Of a DNA stretch of 64,000 nt, positions 39,518 through 51,886 are shown piece after piece (the first letter of the stretch is position 1; every line of letters starts with the position of its first letter). The stretch spans positions 6,138,001-6,202,000 of the forward strand of contig NC_042998.1 in assembly GCF_006345805.1 (NCBI RefSeq), in the 5' to 3' direction. The translations under genes and the position numbers were made by a program. This DNA comes from Octopus sinensis (taxonomy: Eukaryota). Below the pieces are notes generated by a model. The model was not told the DNA's origin. It did not search any database and worked only from the letters and a program-made list of their open reading frames with translations.

Positions 39518-39874
39518 AACACCATCCGATCATGGCCGTGCCAGCCTCGCTTGGCCTCCGTGCCGGTGGCACATAAAAAACACCATCCGAGCGTGGCTAT
39601 TCGCCAACCTCATCTGGCACCTGTGTCTGTGGCACATAAAAAAACACCATCCAAGCGTGGCCGTTCGCCAGCCTCATCTGGTACCTGTGTCGGTGGCACA
39701 TAAAAAGCACCCACTACACTCACGGAGTGGTTGGCGTCAGGAAGGGCATCCAGCTGTAGAAACACTGCCAGATCTAACTGGCCTGGTGCAGCCTTCGGGC
39801 TTCCCAGACCCCAGTTGAACCGTCCAACCCATGCTAGCATGGAAAGCGGATGTTAAACGACGATGATGATGATG
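39518..39874 (+). mobile_element. Retroposon family B with three ~62-bp internal units
   Basis: Units at about 39519-39580, 39581-39644 and 39645-39707, then core and (GAT)n. Confidence 0.88.
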
Positions 39875-40402
39875 AGAGATTGTTAATATTAACAATACTC
39901 AGAAACAGGCTAGAATTGAAGTGCTCAATTTGAGCCTAAGTTCCAATTTATAAATTGAATGGAGGCAATACAAAGAGTTGTTATATTTTTTTTTATAACA
40001 TAACAGGTTTAGGATGATGTCTACATTACAACAACCAATAAAATGTTCTGCATGTATAAGTAATATTACAATCATGGAATTAGCATTAGCTTGTCTCACT
40101 CATTCTTGTGGAGCCCCTAGAAACCTTTTGCCGAATCTTAGGGTTCCAGGAAACACCAGTTGAGAAATGCTGACCTAGAATGTTCAGTAACTCCAAACAA
40201 AAACTGACTGGGTAAGTGACTGTCCGTCCAAGACATAGAAAGTATGGGAGGATGATTGTTATTCCCTACATGTTTCTTTCCTCTCAGTCCTTTCTCTTGC
40301 AGAGGGTACGCTTGAAATGTCAAAGACTTTTCCATTCTTCCGGAGCATCAAACTAATACACTTGCTTTTGTTTCCGGTAAATTTGAACTATATATATATA
40401 TA

Positions 40403-40670
40403 TCATCATCATCGTTTAACGTCTGTTCTCCATGCTAGCATGGGTTGGACGGTTCAACTGGGGTCTGGGAAGCCAGAAGGCTGCACCAGGCTCCAGTCTT
40501 ATCTGGCAATGTTTCTACAGCTGGATGCCCTTCCTAATGCCAACCACTCCGTGAGTGTAGTGGGTGTTTTTTACATGCCACCTGCACAGGTGCCAGGTAA
40601 GGCTGGCATCGGCCATGGTCGTATTGGTGCATTTTACGTGCCACCGGCACGGAAGCCAGTCGAGGAGGCA
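40403..40670 (-). mobile_element. Retroposon family B
   Basis: Reverse copy. Confidence 0.87.
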
Positions 40671-42435
40671 AACATGTAATATACCGCATTTCTTCTAATA
40701 TAAAATACCTGTACATCATCTCCAAACCTTCTAATATATATATATATAAAAATTTGAGTGAGTGGACAAATAAAAGTAAAGGGCATTCAACATATTTCTG
40801 GAAGCTTGAAATAATCGAGCTCCTGTTAAGGGCCTACAAAATTTGAAGTAGCACGGAACCAAATCAAACAGTTTTAAATAATGTTTGCCTAAACACACAC
40901 ACACACACATGTATGTATATGTGTGTGTGTGTACGAACACCCTCCCATGTACAGATAGGTGAACATTCCTGGGAACTGTCACATAATTTTGCTAATATGT
41001 ATACCACAACAGATGTAACACATCCTAATTTATTTACTAAAAAAGTAAGAACTAGAAGCATCTAAGTTTTTGAAGAAAAGAATGAGTAGGACTCAACATT
41101 TTTCTCACAGCATCCTGGTTAATATGGAGACATGTCTTGCTGAGCTGAGAAATATATCGATGGAAAGTGTGGGGGAGTTTAATTTGCAATCTTCTGGAAA
41201 ATAATAGAAAAGCTGGAGGGAAGCTAATAGGAGGGAAAATTGGGAGAAGAATACAGTTTATGAAACTATGATCAAACTGTTACTCAGACACAGAGGCATC
41301 TTCATATATATATATGCATATGCTTTTGCTGTTTTTCCATTTCTTTTTTCATTAAATGAAAGAAAATTCAGTTTATCTTCAGACCTAAAATGGTGTTACT
41401 GTCACACAAACAAGATTATTATAGAAATGTGTGAAGATACTGCAGTGTTTTCTAGACACAATTTTAAAGATCTTTGCAGCAGAGAAATGTCTGAGAAATT
41501 ATTGGGATAGTTAAAATTCGTTTTTTAGTCCTTTCTTCCTTTCTTTCTTTCTTTCTTTCCGTTTTCCATTTCAAAAATAGGAAAATTAGCAAGAAAATAA
41601 TCCACTTAAAATATTTAACAAGTTTCCAAGTAATTTGTAATCAGAAAAGCTGTAACTTTCGGATATTCATATGAGTAAAAAGATATATGAAAATAAGTAT
41701 AGAGATGAATGGTAGACACAAAGTGAAAGTGAAACAAGAGTGACTAACAGACAGACAATCAGAGAGTGAGCAATGAAGGTATTAAAGCACTGCTACAGTT
41801 TCATTTAAGCTCTTTTAATACCTATCCAGTTGAAACTGCCGCTAGTTCTATTGTATGAAACTATCTATTTGAATAAAAAACTTTTTCTTCTAATTTTATC
41901 TAAAAACTCTTTGCTAAATTATGTTTCCAACACAAGTTCAATAATGAAACAAAGTTAGTTATATTACTAAATACGTTCACATTCTTGAGTATTTCCAAAA
42001 TTAAATGAAACATAGTCTATTCCATTAGAGATATTGGCTGTGAAAGTGTTAAAGAAGTGAAAATGATTGAATATTACTTCAAATCAACATTCAAGTGATT
42101 CAATATCTTACCTTAGTCTCAGATATTGATTATTTATGAGGAAAGTAAGTAAATTTATCAACTGAGATTTGCAGTTGTTGGTGTAATATTTTTATCTTAA
42201 TTCCAAGAATCATGAAATAAGTATTTCATGGTCAACTCAAATTCAACTAGTAGTGTGTAAAACCAAGACACAATTGCTGGGAGTTGTTCTGCGTAAAATT
42301 TACATTTAATTCTTCTTTTTTAAACTTCTTTTTTTCTTTTTTCTACAAGGAGAACCAAAAGAAAACAATCCAGAACACTTGAAATTTGTGGGGGGTCTCA
42401 GTCAGCAGTAAAGAGTTAGGAAAAATTGTGAAATA

Positions 42436-42993
42436 TTGGGTTGTCCAGAAAGTTTGTGCTGATTTATAGTAGCTTACCTTTTGACTTATTTTAGAACATG
42501 GTTGAGTCTATAAAATAGGATTTGACTATACCTCCATTTAGATCACAGTTTAAGCTATCTTTTTGTGGAATAAGGTTTATGTTCCTATAACCTGCGTTAA
42601 TTCTGTAACCCTTTAAAATGGAAGATAAGAAAGTTCATTTTCGGCACTTGATGCTTTGGGAACCAGACAAAAATTGCTGCAGATCGGCAGGGATGTGTTA
42701 GCCCACCCTCCATATTCACCAGATATTGCTCCTTCAGATTTCCACTTATTCAGGTCTCTGCAGAATAGTCTTAACAGTAAAAATTTCAATTCCTTGGATG
42801 ACACAAAAGATACCTTGATGAATTCTTTGCCATGAAACCACCTCAATTCTGGGAAGAGGGTATTTTCAAGTTAAAGGAAAGATGGAGACACATTGTGCAA
42901 CAAAATGGTTCATATTTGGTTGATGTAATGGCAAGTATTTATTGACCTTTTTCTCTCCTTTAAAAATCGGCACAAACTTTCTGGACAACCCAA
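42436..42993 (+). mobile_element. Internally deleted mariner (Tc1/mariner) transposon
   Basis: ~30-bp TIRs ttgggttgtccagaaagtttgtgctgattt / aaatcggcacaaactttctggacaacccaa with TA TSD. Remnant transposase: N-terminus MEDKKVHFRHLMLWE fused to HPPYSPDIAPSDFHLFRSLQNSL...FWEEGIFKLKERW, with frameshifts. Confidence 0.93.
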
Positions 42994-43185
42994 TACTATA
43001 CTAAATTTAGATGAGTTCAATGAGTAAAAGAAGTAAAAGAATGAAGAGCATGCAGAAAGTGAGAGCGACCGAAACTACAAAAACTAAGAGATATAATGGA
43101 TTACTTGAACAACAAATCCGGAGTTAACAAAATTTTTACAATAGCTCTTGAGGTAAACTATAATTATAGTTAATTATCCCCAAGA

Positions 43186-43561
43186 TAGGCGCAGGAGTGG
43201 CTGTGTGGTAAGTAGCTTGTTTACTAACCACATGGTTCCGGGTTCAAGTGTCTTCTACTATAGCCTCAGGCCGACCAAAGCCCTGTAAGTGGATTTGGTA
43301 GACAGAAACTGAAAGAAGCCCATCATAGATATGTATATATATATATATATATCGCCATGTTGATTCGTTAGCTACTGCACGCATTTTTTTTCTCTCCTTC
43401 TTTCTGTGTTTTTCTCTCTCTGTGTATCTTTCTGTTGAAGAGCGTAGGCTCGAAACGTTAAAGACTTGTTTTATTTATATTTCCTGAGCGCCATACTAAT
43501 ACAATTGTTCGTTTGTTTTCCACCTGCCTTCGTCTTTTGTTTATTTTCATAAAGCTTCCCG

Positions 43562-43627
<66 letters not shown>

Positions 43628-43860
43628 ATGTGTTTGTTGTGTGTCTGTGTTTGTCCCCCTAGCATTGCTTGACAACCGATGCTGGTGTGTTTGTGTCCCC
43701 GTAACTTAGCGGTTCGGCAAAAGAGACCGATAGAATAAGTACTGGGCTTACAAAAAGAATAAGGCCCGGGGTCGAGTTGCTCGATTAAAAGGCGGTGCTC
43801 CAGCATGGCCGCGGTCAAATGACCGAAACAAGTAAAAGAATAAAAGAGAGTAAAGAGTAA
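43186..43860 (+). mobile_element. SINE family A carrying a nested Penelope-like tail
   Basis: Head at 43186 (small internal deletion); 3' arm at about 43640-43860. Confidence 0.88.
43351..43565 (+). mobile_element. Penelope-like element terminal repeat nested in a family-A SINE microsatellite
   Basis: tctttctgttgaagagcgtaggctcgaaacgttaaagact...ttcctgagcgccatactaataca; homologous to 1-115 and flanked by (TA)n of the host SINE. Confidence 0.6.
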
Positions 43861-44362
43861 GATACATACCGGAAGCGCAGTGTGGTTGAATTTTTAGTAA
43901 GTTCCAAACCTAAAAGGTTATAAGTTTGATTTTACTGTGTGGCATTTTGAGCAATTGTTAGTTTCCATAAGCCTCATGTCAGATTGATAGCTCATGAATG
44001 AAATGCTAAGCAGACAGTCTGGAATTTTCTCTCAAACGAATTCGATGTGTAAATTCAGAAGACCAACTTTGTTATATACTAAGTCCCACTCATTCTGTCT
44101 GAGAATTATAATAAGGGTCCATGCATTAATGGAACAATCAGTCATTTACACCCTCATTCAATGACCATGTAATTTGGTTGATTGAACAAATGGAAATTCC
44201 TGGTCAGAGTTTCCAACCAAGATCTATCCACAAAAGCAGGACATAAATAGAAGTCTGTGTGGAGTCTAAGTTCTTCATTAGAAGGCCATCAGAGTACAGA
44301 ACTGAGTACAAACCTGAATTCTAACTAATCCTTCCATGATCCACATTTCCAGCAATGATAAA

Positions 44363-44706
44363 TACTCTTTTACTCTTTCAGTCATTTTACTTTGGCCATG
44401 CTGGAGCACCGCCTTTTAGTCAAGTAAATCAACCCCAGGACTTATTCTTCGCAAGCCTAGTACTTATTCTATCAGTCTCTTTTGCCGAACTGCTAAGTTA
44501 CGGAGATGTAAACACACCCGCATATATATATATATACATATATACAACGGGCTTCTTTCAGTTTCTGTCTACCAAATCCACTCAAAAGGCTTTGGTTGGC
44601 CCGAGGCTATAGTAGACACTTGCCCAAGGCGCCACACATTGGGACTGAACCCAGAACCATGTGGTTCATAAGCAAGCTACTTACCACACAGCTACTCCTA
44701 TGCCTA
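44363..44706 (-). mobile_element. SINE family A
   Basis: Reverse copy with shortened linker. Confidence 0.88.
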
Positions 44707-44770
44707 TAGTCCATGTGTTTTAATCCTTTCCTTACCATATTTCTGTTGAAGCACCCAACCTTTGTTTTAA

Positions 44771-44945
44771 CCCTTTAGCATTTAAACTGGCCACATCCAG
44801 CTGAGATATTCTAAGTTTTATATTCAAACTAGCCAGATCTTGCCTTTCACACCTCCCATACAATGTCAATTTAAAAATAAACAGCCACATCATCAAAATC
44901 TCGAAGCTCAGAGGCAATACATAATTAATTCAAAGCTAAATTGAG
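44771..44945. mobile_element. piggyBac-like MITE family P1, right end eroded
   Basis: ttaa-ccctttagcatttaaactggcc. Confidence 0.7.
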
Positions 44946-44993
44946 TAAAACAACTATTATATTGAGTTAGTGTTTGGGAAATAAACAAATATA

Positions 44994-45175
44994 TAGGCGC
45001 AGGAGTGGCTGTGTGGTAAGTAGCTTGTTTACCAACCACATGGTTCCGGGTTCAATCCCACTGCGTGGCATCTTGGGCAAGTGTCTTCTACTATAGCCTC
45101 GGGTCGACCAAAGCCTTGTGAGTGGATTTGGTAGACGGAAACTGAAAGAAGCCCGTCGTATATATGTATATATAT

Positions 45176-45210
<35 letters not shown>

Positions 45211-45420
45211 GCGTGTGTGTGTTTGTGTGTCTGTGTTTGTCCCCCTAGCATTGCTTGACAACCGATGCTGGTGTGTTTATGTCCCCGTTAGTTAGTGGTT
45301 CGGTAAAAGAGACTGAAAGAATAAGTACTGGGCTTACAAAAGAATAAGTCCCGGGGTCAAGTTGCTCGATTAAAAGCGGTGCTCCAGCATGGCTGCAGTC
45401 AAATGACTGAAACAAGTAAA
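44994..45420 (+). mobile_element. SINE family A
   Basis: Full-length copy. Confidence 0.92.
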
Positions 45421-47513
45421 TGAATAAATATGGTATTTTGATGGAAAGTTTTAAACCTAGGTCACTTTAAACAGTAACTTTATGTCATAAAAACCAAAAT
45501 TAGTTTCGAGTAGGTTGGTATCAAAAGGGCAAATTCATTTTCATAATTTGGAAAGGTTTAATAAGACAGTTAAGCTTTTCTTTATTAATTGCAGTAGTTG
45601 ATGCTGTGATTACTAGGTCAGCCCTGATCTGCAATTAACTTTTTGATAATCATATTCCTGTTGAAATACACTGTCTTATTTTTTTGAAATTAATGAAGAA
45701 TTTAATGAAATAACTGCAACTACTATGCTAGTGATTGGAACATAAATTTATAATGAAATTTTGATGCAGTGTTTCTATTTGTTATTTTTTTTTTGTTTTT
45801 TTCTTTTTTGCGTAATTTGTTTTTAGTTAGGTGTCTTTAAGACAGAGACACAAGTACTGAAAACCAAGTGCATTCCAAGGAGAGTTGGTATCAAAAGGGT
45901 TAGGGATATTTCAGCCTTTTCTTTTAGGGGTGGGTGCATACCAATACAATGTTCAATGTGTCCGCTTCTATTTTTAAGGCATTAGGTGTAGTTTGAAACA
46001 CCTGACTTCTATTTCTAACAGGTTCAGTGACATCACCGAGGCTGGTTCATCTACTTAAAAGTATATGGATGAAGCTAATCCTTGAATACTAAGCTCAACA
46101 CACTGTTTGGCATATAGTTGTGAAGAAGCCTATAACAATTGATATTCAATGCCAATAACCTTCTAATGAAATTTTTGTGAAGATGGTAATTTAAATAGCA
46201 AATCTTTTAAAACATGCACCTTGAAGCTAATTAACAATATGGAACCCTGAGCATTCTGGAATGCGCTGATATCTGAAGTGCTACAGATAAAAGGGCATTT
46301 CCAGTACTTATATTGTGAAATGAAAGTACTTGAATTTATTCATTAAGAAGCAACCCTATCAGATAAATTACAATGTCTCAGGCTCATCTAAGATAATGGT
46401 TATAGTCCTTTAGTTAAACAATGGAATAAATTGAATGCAACAGAAACTAGAAGAGCATAAACTCATCGACATCGCTGCCTTCGTTATTAGCTTCATCATC
46501 AGTAAATGTTTAATTGCTGGCATGAGTTGGAAACGACTTGTTACGGGAATGTACTGTGACTAGTCGGCCTTCCTAAGCTTGACCTTTTACTGGCTTCCAA
46601 GAGAGATATTTTATTGCATGACTTTGTGCATGTTACACTGAACAGCAAAACTTCTTGTTTGCATGAGATATAAACATCAACCCTGCAGAATAAGTAGTAT
46701 CATGCAAAAGATGCACAGACATGGAAACACAGATACACAGATACGATAGGGTTCTCTACAATTTCTGAGTTCCAAGTTGTAATCACAATACATTTGTCAA
46801 CTCAAAGCAATGGTAACAGACACCTACCCAAGGGGCCACACAGGAAAAGCTGACTTTAATGTCACATACTTGCAAAGCTAATTTCTTAACTAGAGAATCA
46901 TATCCACACCTTATTGCAATGAAATTAGAATAAAGCTTCAAAACTTATCGACCTCCAATGATACTGGAGGGTGCTAGCATGGCGCAATTTAAAGGAATCT
47001 GAAAAATTAATGAGTTCAGCATGACCTGCTGTAAAATCTAAGATTCATACGCAAGAAAGAAATTCATACAAGAGATGAAAACAACACAAATGATTAGCCA
47101 AAGTCGGGTCATTTTAAGCTGAAGGACCACCACCCGCATAAGGCATTCAAAATAACACATCCACATTATGTTGGATGCGCAAATTACTATTCATTATAAA
47201 GGCTACTTCTGGCAGAAATAACAAAGTTTTACACAGCCTTGCTGCTTTCCATGACATCACTGACTGCTTAGTCAGTATAGATTGTATCATTTTGACAGAT
47301 TTTTCAATCTGGCATTTGGTGGTAGGGTGTCTGTTGTTGAAGGAGTAGAAATTATGTAATGCAACAGTCTCATCCACTGGTGCTAATGGAATTTCATCTG
47401 CCAATACAATTTCTGCTTTTTTCAGCTCTTAATTTCTATATGAGATGATTTCTCTGGACTATTACCACAGCCTTCGACATTCAAAACAGCACATCCAAGT
47501 TAAGTTGGGTCAT

Positions 47514-47860
47514 TATCACCATCATCATCATCGTCATCATCATCAGTTAACGTCCATTGACCATGCTGACAAGGGTTGGACAGTTCAACCAAAGCATGCA
47601 AGCTGGGGAGCTGCACCAGACTCCAGTCTGATTTGGCATGGTTTCTACAGCTGGATGCCCTTCCTAATGACAACCACTTTATAGTGTGTGTGCTGGGTGC
47701 TTTTATGTGGAACCACATGAGCACTTTTTATGTAACACTGCACTGGCATTTTTTTATGTGACACTGTACCAGTGCTTCTTTGTGGCACTTTACAGGTACT
47801 TTTACGTTGTGTCACACAGGCACTTTATGTGGGACTGTATGGGAGCTCTTACATGGCACC
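47514..47860 (-). mobile_element. Old, diverged retroposon family B
   Basis: Degenerate core and several degenerate ttttatgtg-cac units. Confidence 0.65.
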
Positions 47861-48251
47861 ACATATGCAGAAGTAATCTAATATTTGGTAGAAAGGTTGT
47901 TCCTATCACTAACAGCAAATCATCCTCATTGCTTATAACTCTTACTTTTCCATGCTTTTATGGAAAAGTAGGGGTTAAGAGGCTAATAGGGTTTCATTGA
48001 TGTAGATTTTTCAATGTCCAGAAGCTCCTCCTATCACCATTCTTCACCTGTTTCCATGTAAGCTAATATTTACCTTAGTCTATTGAGCAATAAAACACCT
48101 CGGATATACTTTCACACAACACTACAAAAAAAAAAAAGGAAAAAAAATAGGAAAAAGGAAAAAAAAAAGAAAAAGTCAAGGTTTGAATGAAATATCAATT
48201 TGTTTACAATCAGTAAGCACACACCAACACAAGAGTCATACACACACACAC

Positions 48252-48287
<36 letters not shown>

Positions 48288-48656
48288 GACAGGTTTCTTC
48301 CAGTTTCTATCAAGGGTATATTATTCATAAAAGTATTGGTTAACCTGCGGTTATAATACAGGACACCACCAAGAGGTGCCCATACAGTGGGAGTGAACCC
48401 CGGTCCACGTGATTCCAAATGGGACATCTTAACCACACAGTCAGACCAACACTTACCATCTTTAAAAAAAAAAACAACCTTCAGATGGATTCAATATGCA
48501 CTATGTCTAAAAACATACAGACATATGGATGGTCATAGCTTTAACACCTTCAATAATGCATCTACTAAATCAATGCTGACTTGAGATGAAACAACTAAAA
48601 CAGGTTACTAATACTAAAATGCTATTAACTACTAATAAAATATGTGGATACTGTTA

Positions 48657-48850
48657 CTGATTTACTTGTTTCAGTCATTTGACTGCGGCCATGCTGGAGC
48701 ACCGCCTTTTATCGAGCAACTCGACCCCGGGACTTATTCCTTTGTAAGCCCAGTACTTATTCTATCGGTCTCTTTTGCCGAACCACTAAGTAACGGGGAC
48801 ACAAACACACCAGCATCGGTTGTCAAGCAATGCTAGGGGGACAAACACAG

Positions 48851-48894
<44 letters not shown>

Positions 48895-49058
48895 GACGGG
48901 CTTCTTTCAGTTTCCGTCTACCAAATCCATTCACAAGGCTTTGGTCGGCCCGAGGCTATAGTAGAAGACACTTGCCCAAGATGCCACGCAGTGGGACTGA
49001 ACCCGGAACCATGTGGTTGGTAAACAAGCTACTTACCACACAGCCACGCCTGCGCCTA
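48657..49058 (-). mobile_element. SINE family A
   Basis: Full-length reverse copy. Confidence 0.92.
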
Positions 49059-49986
49059 TACTACTATTATTTTTTAATAAAACAGATTAGCTGGGGTAAC
49101 GTTCTCAGTACAGTTTCAGCTAAAAGAGGATTGATTCAAGAGCTAACTTAATGGAAATAATTTAAATATGCAGCAGAACTTATTATGTGCACATTCTATT
49201 TCTAATGAGACAGTTCTACAAATATATGGTTGAAAAGTGTCTGATTCACTTTGCATTATTCCACCTGCAAACACAAAATGAAGGTAATATTTCTAAATAA
49301 TGAAGACAATGTCCAGTATCTTGTAGCGTAGGTGTAACAGCTATTAAGAAAAACTCATCAGCAATTAACATTTTCATCATTTACAAAGGTAGCAGAGAGA
49401 AAGAAAGAGAGATTGGCTGCAAAAAGCAGCTGACTTTTGGAATCATTAAACAAAGACTTTGGAGAAAGACAGTTTGAGTTTTGATTGCAAAGTAAGAATA
49501 GAAGAATCATATTAAATTAGAAAGATGTTTGTGGATGTTTGAAGAATGTTAAGATTTTACCAAAATGATAAATATAGGGGAGGTTGCATTGAAAGGGGAC
49601 TGATGTGCTCTATTCAATGTCTGATATTAAATAGCTGGAAATAAAAGCTGAAAGGGGCTGACAAAACTGTAGGGAACTAGAGGGAGGGAGAGAGAGAGAG
49701 AGAGAGAGAGAGATGTGTGCTTGTATGGATGTGTGCTTGTATGTGGGCAACAACACTTTAGAAGACAGGTGTTGAATGCTGTGAGTATAAGGTACTTCAT
49801 AGAAATGAAGGATCAAAGATAATGGGGGTGAAAAGAAAAAATTCTGGAATCAGATTTCAAGATAATTGACCCCAGAAATGAGATTATGAGAAAAAATAAA
49901 AGACAAGCAGTGGTACTCCTTCCTCTATGACAAACTATCCAAACCATGCTACAATGGAACAATGAATATTGAAATCTTGGTAATTA

Positions 49987-50600
49987 TAGGTATAAGCATA
50001 GCAGTGTGGTAAGAAGCTTGCTACCCGACCACTTGGTTCCAGGTTCAATCTCACTGCGTAGCACCGTGTGCAAGTGTTTTCTTTTATAACAGTGGTTTTC
50101 AACCAGGGTTCCGCCAGTACAGTCCAGGGGTTCCGCAAGAAGTTACAAAACTGCTAAAATCGGCAGTAATTTTTAATTCTCCTGTGCAGATATGTGTGCA
50201 TAAGACTATTAAATTATTGCACAGGGGTTCCTCGAGCCAGTGGAATGTTTCCTTGGGGTTCCGCTCCAGCAAAAAGCTTGAAAAGCACTGTTCTATAGCC
50301 CCAAGGCAAGCAAAGCTTTGTGAATAGATTTGGTAGAAGGAAACTGAAAAGAAGCCCATCATGTATGTGTGTGTGCACACGTGTCTTTGTGTCTCTCTTT
50401 GTTCCCCACAACCATTTGACTACCTGTGTTTGTGTGTTTACATCCCTGAAACAAGTGGTTCAGCAAAGGAGATTGATAGAATAAGTACCAGGTTTAACAA
50501 ACGAATAAGCACAGAGGACAATTCATTCAAGTGAAGTTCTTCAAGGTGGTGCCCCAGTATGGCCACAGACTAATAACTGAAACCAAGTAAAGGATAAAAG
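49987..50600 (+). mobile_element. Old, diverged SINE family A interrupted by a hAT MITE
   Basis: Diverged head and 3' arm, split at the cttctactatag motif. Confidence 0.75.
50090..50290. mobile_element. hAT (Charlie-like) MITE
   Basis: TIRs cagtggttttcaa / ttgaaaagcactg; degenerate 8-bp TSD ttttataa / ttctatag. Confidence 0.8.
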
Positions 50601-50997
50601 ATGAACAAATGTAAAATCTTATAATCATGATCTCCATCTGGCATTTTACCACAGAGATAAGGTAGGAGACATGTAAAAATGTTCTAAATTACATAATTCT
50701 TCATCAACAAATAATATTTTGTCAAACTTTGCAAAAACAATATCAGGTTTCATGGCTAGTAATCACAAAGGCAGCAACCTGATGGAATTATTAGCAGATT
50801 GCATGAAATGCTCAGTAGCATGTTTACGAGTCCAAATTTCACTAAGGTCAGCTTTGTTTATCATTCACGTAAGATTGTACCAGTTGAGCACTGGGGTCGT
50901 AATCAATTAAACCCTGCTTGTACTGCAATTGCTGGCCTTGTGCCAAAATTTAATATGATTCCTAGTAAGTCACATTTGACTTCTCACATGCGTTGCT

Positions 50998-51394
50998 TGG
51001 CTGTGTGGTAAGTAGCTTGCTTGCCAACCAAATGGGTCTGGGTTCATTCCCACTGCGTGGTACCTTGGGCATGTGTCTTCTACTATAGCCTCGGACCGAC
51101 AAAAACCTTGCAAGTGGATTTGGTAGATGGAAACTGAAAGACGCCTGCGGCCTTCGGGCTAAAACATTTTTAAGGATTTTAAGGATTTAAGGATATATGT
51201 ATGCGTGTGTATATGTTTGTCCTCCAAACATCGCTTGACAACCGATGGTGGTATGTTTACGTGCCGGTAACTTAGCGGTTCAGCAAAAGAGACGATAGAA
51301 TAAGTACAAAGAATAAGTCTTGGGGTCGATTTCCTCAACTAAAAGGCGGTGCTCCAGCATGGCCGCAGTCAAATGACTGAAACAACTAAAAGAA
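50998..51394 (+). mobile_element. SINE family A with an atypical linker ending in (aaggattt)n
   Basis: Head and 3' arm are recognisable; linker is gcctgcggccttcgggctaaaacatttttaaggattttaaggatttaaggat. Confidence 0.82.
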
Positions 51395-51558
51395 TAGTAA
51401 TACAAGTAAGGATGTTCCAGGTAACCAAATGAAGATTCCATTTCCCCATGCAATAAGGAATGTACACATAACAACATCATTGTTGTTATGTTGTTGTGGC
51501 TGTTGTATTGTTGTTATGGCTGGTTCAATTCGAAATCGAAATCGAATTGAACCAGCCA

Positions 51559-51886
51559 GGATCCCTGGTCTGGTGGTACGTAAAAAGCACCATCCGACTC
51601 GTGGCCGATGCCAGCACCGCCTCGCCTGGCTTCTGTGCCGGTGGCACATAAAATACACCAATCCGACCGTGGCCGTTGCCAGCCTCGCCTGGCACCTGTG
51701 CAGGTGGCACGTAAAAAGCACCCACTACACTCACGGAGTGGTTGGCGTTAGGAAGGGCATCCAGCTGTAGAAACATTGCCAGATAAGACTGGAGCCTGGT
51801 GCAGCCTTCTGGCTTCCCAGATCCCCGGTCGAACCGTCCAACCCATGCTAGCATGGAGGACGGACGTTAAACGATGATGATGATGA
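51559..51886 (+). mobile_element. Retroposon family B
   Basis: Three internal units, core and (GAT)n tail. Confidence 0.88.

Noticed and set aside
39519-39707. Regularly spaced ~62-bp repeats superficially like a CRISPR array
   Set aside because: The units are wholly repeated with no unique spacers, lie inside a eukaryotic retroposon, and there are no cas genes.
47147-47440. 85-aa minus ORF (ADEIPLAPVDETVALHNF...)
   Set aside because: No recognisable motif, no good in-frame acceptor and no true ATG start.
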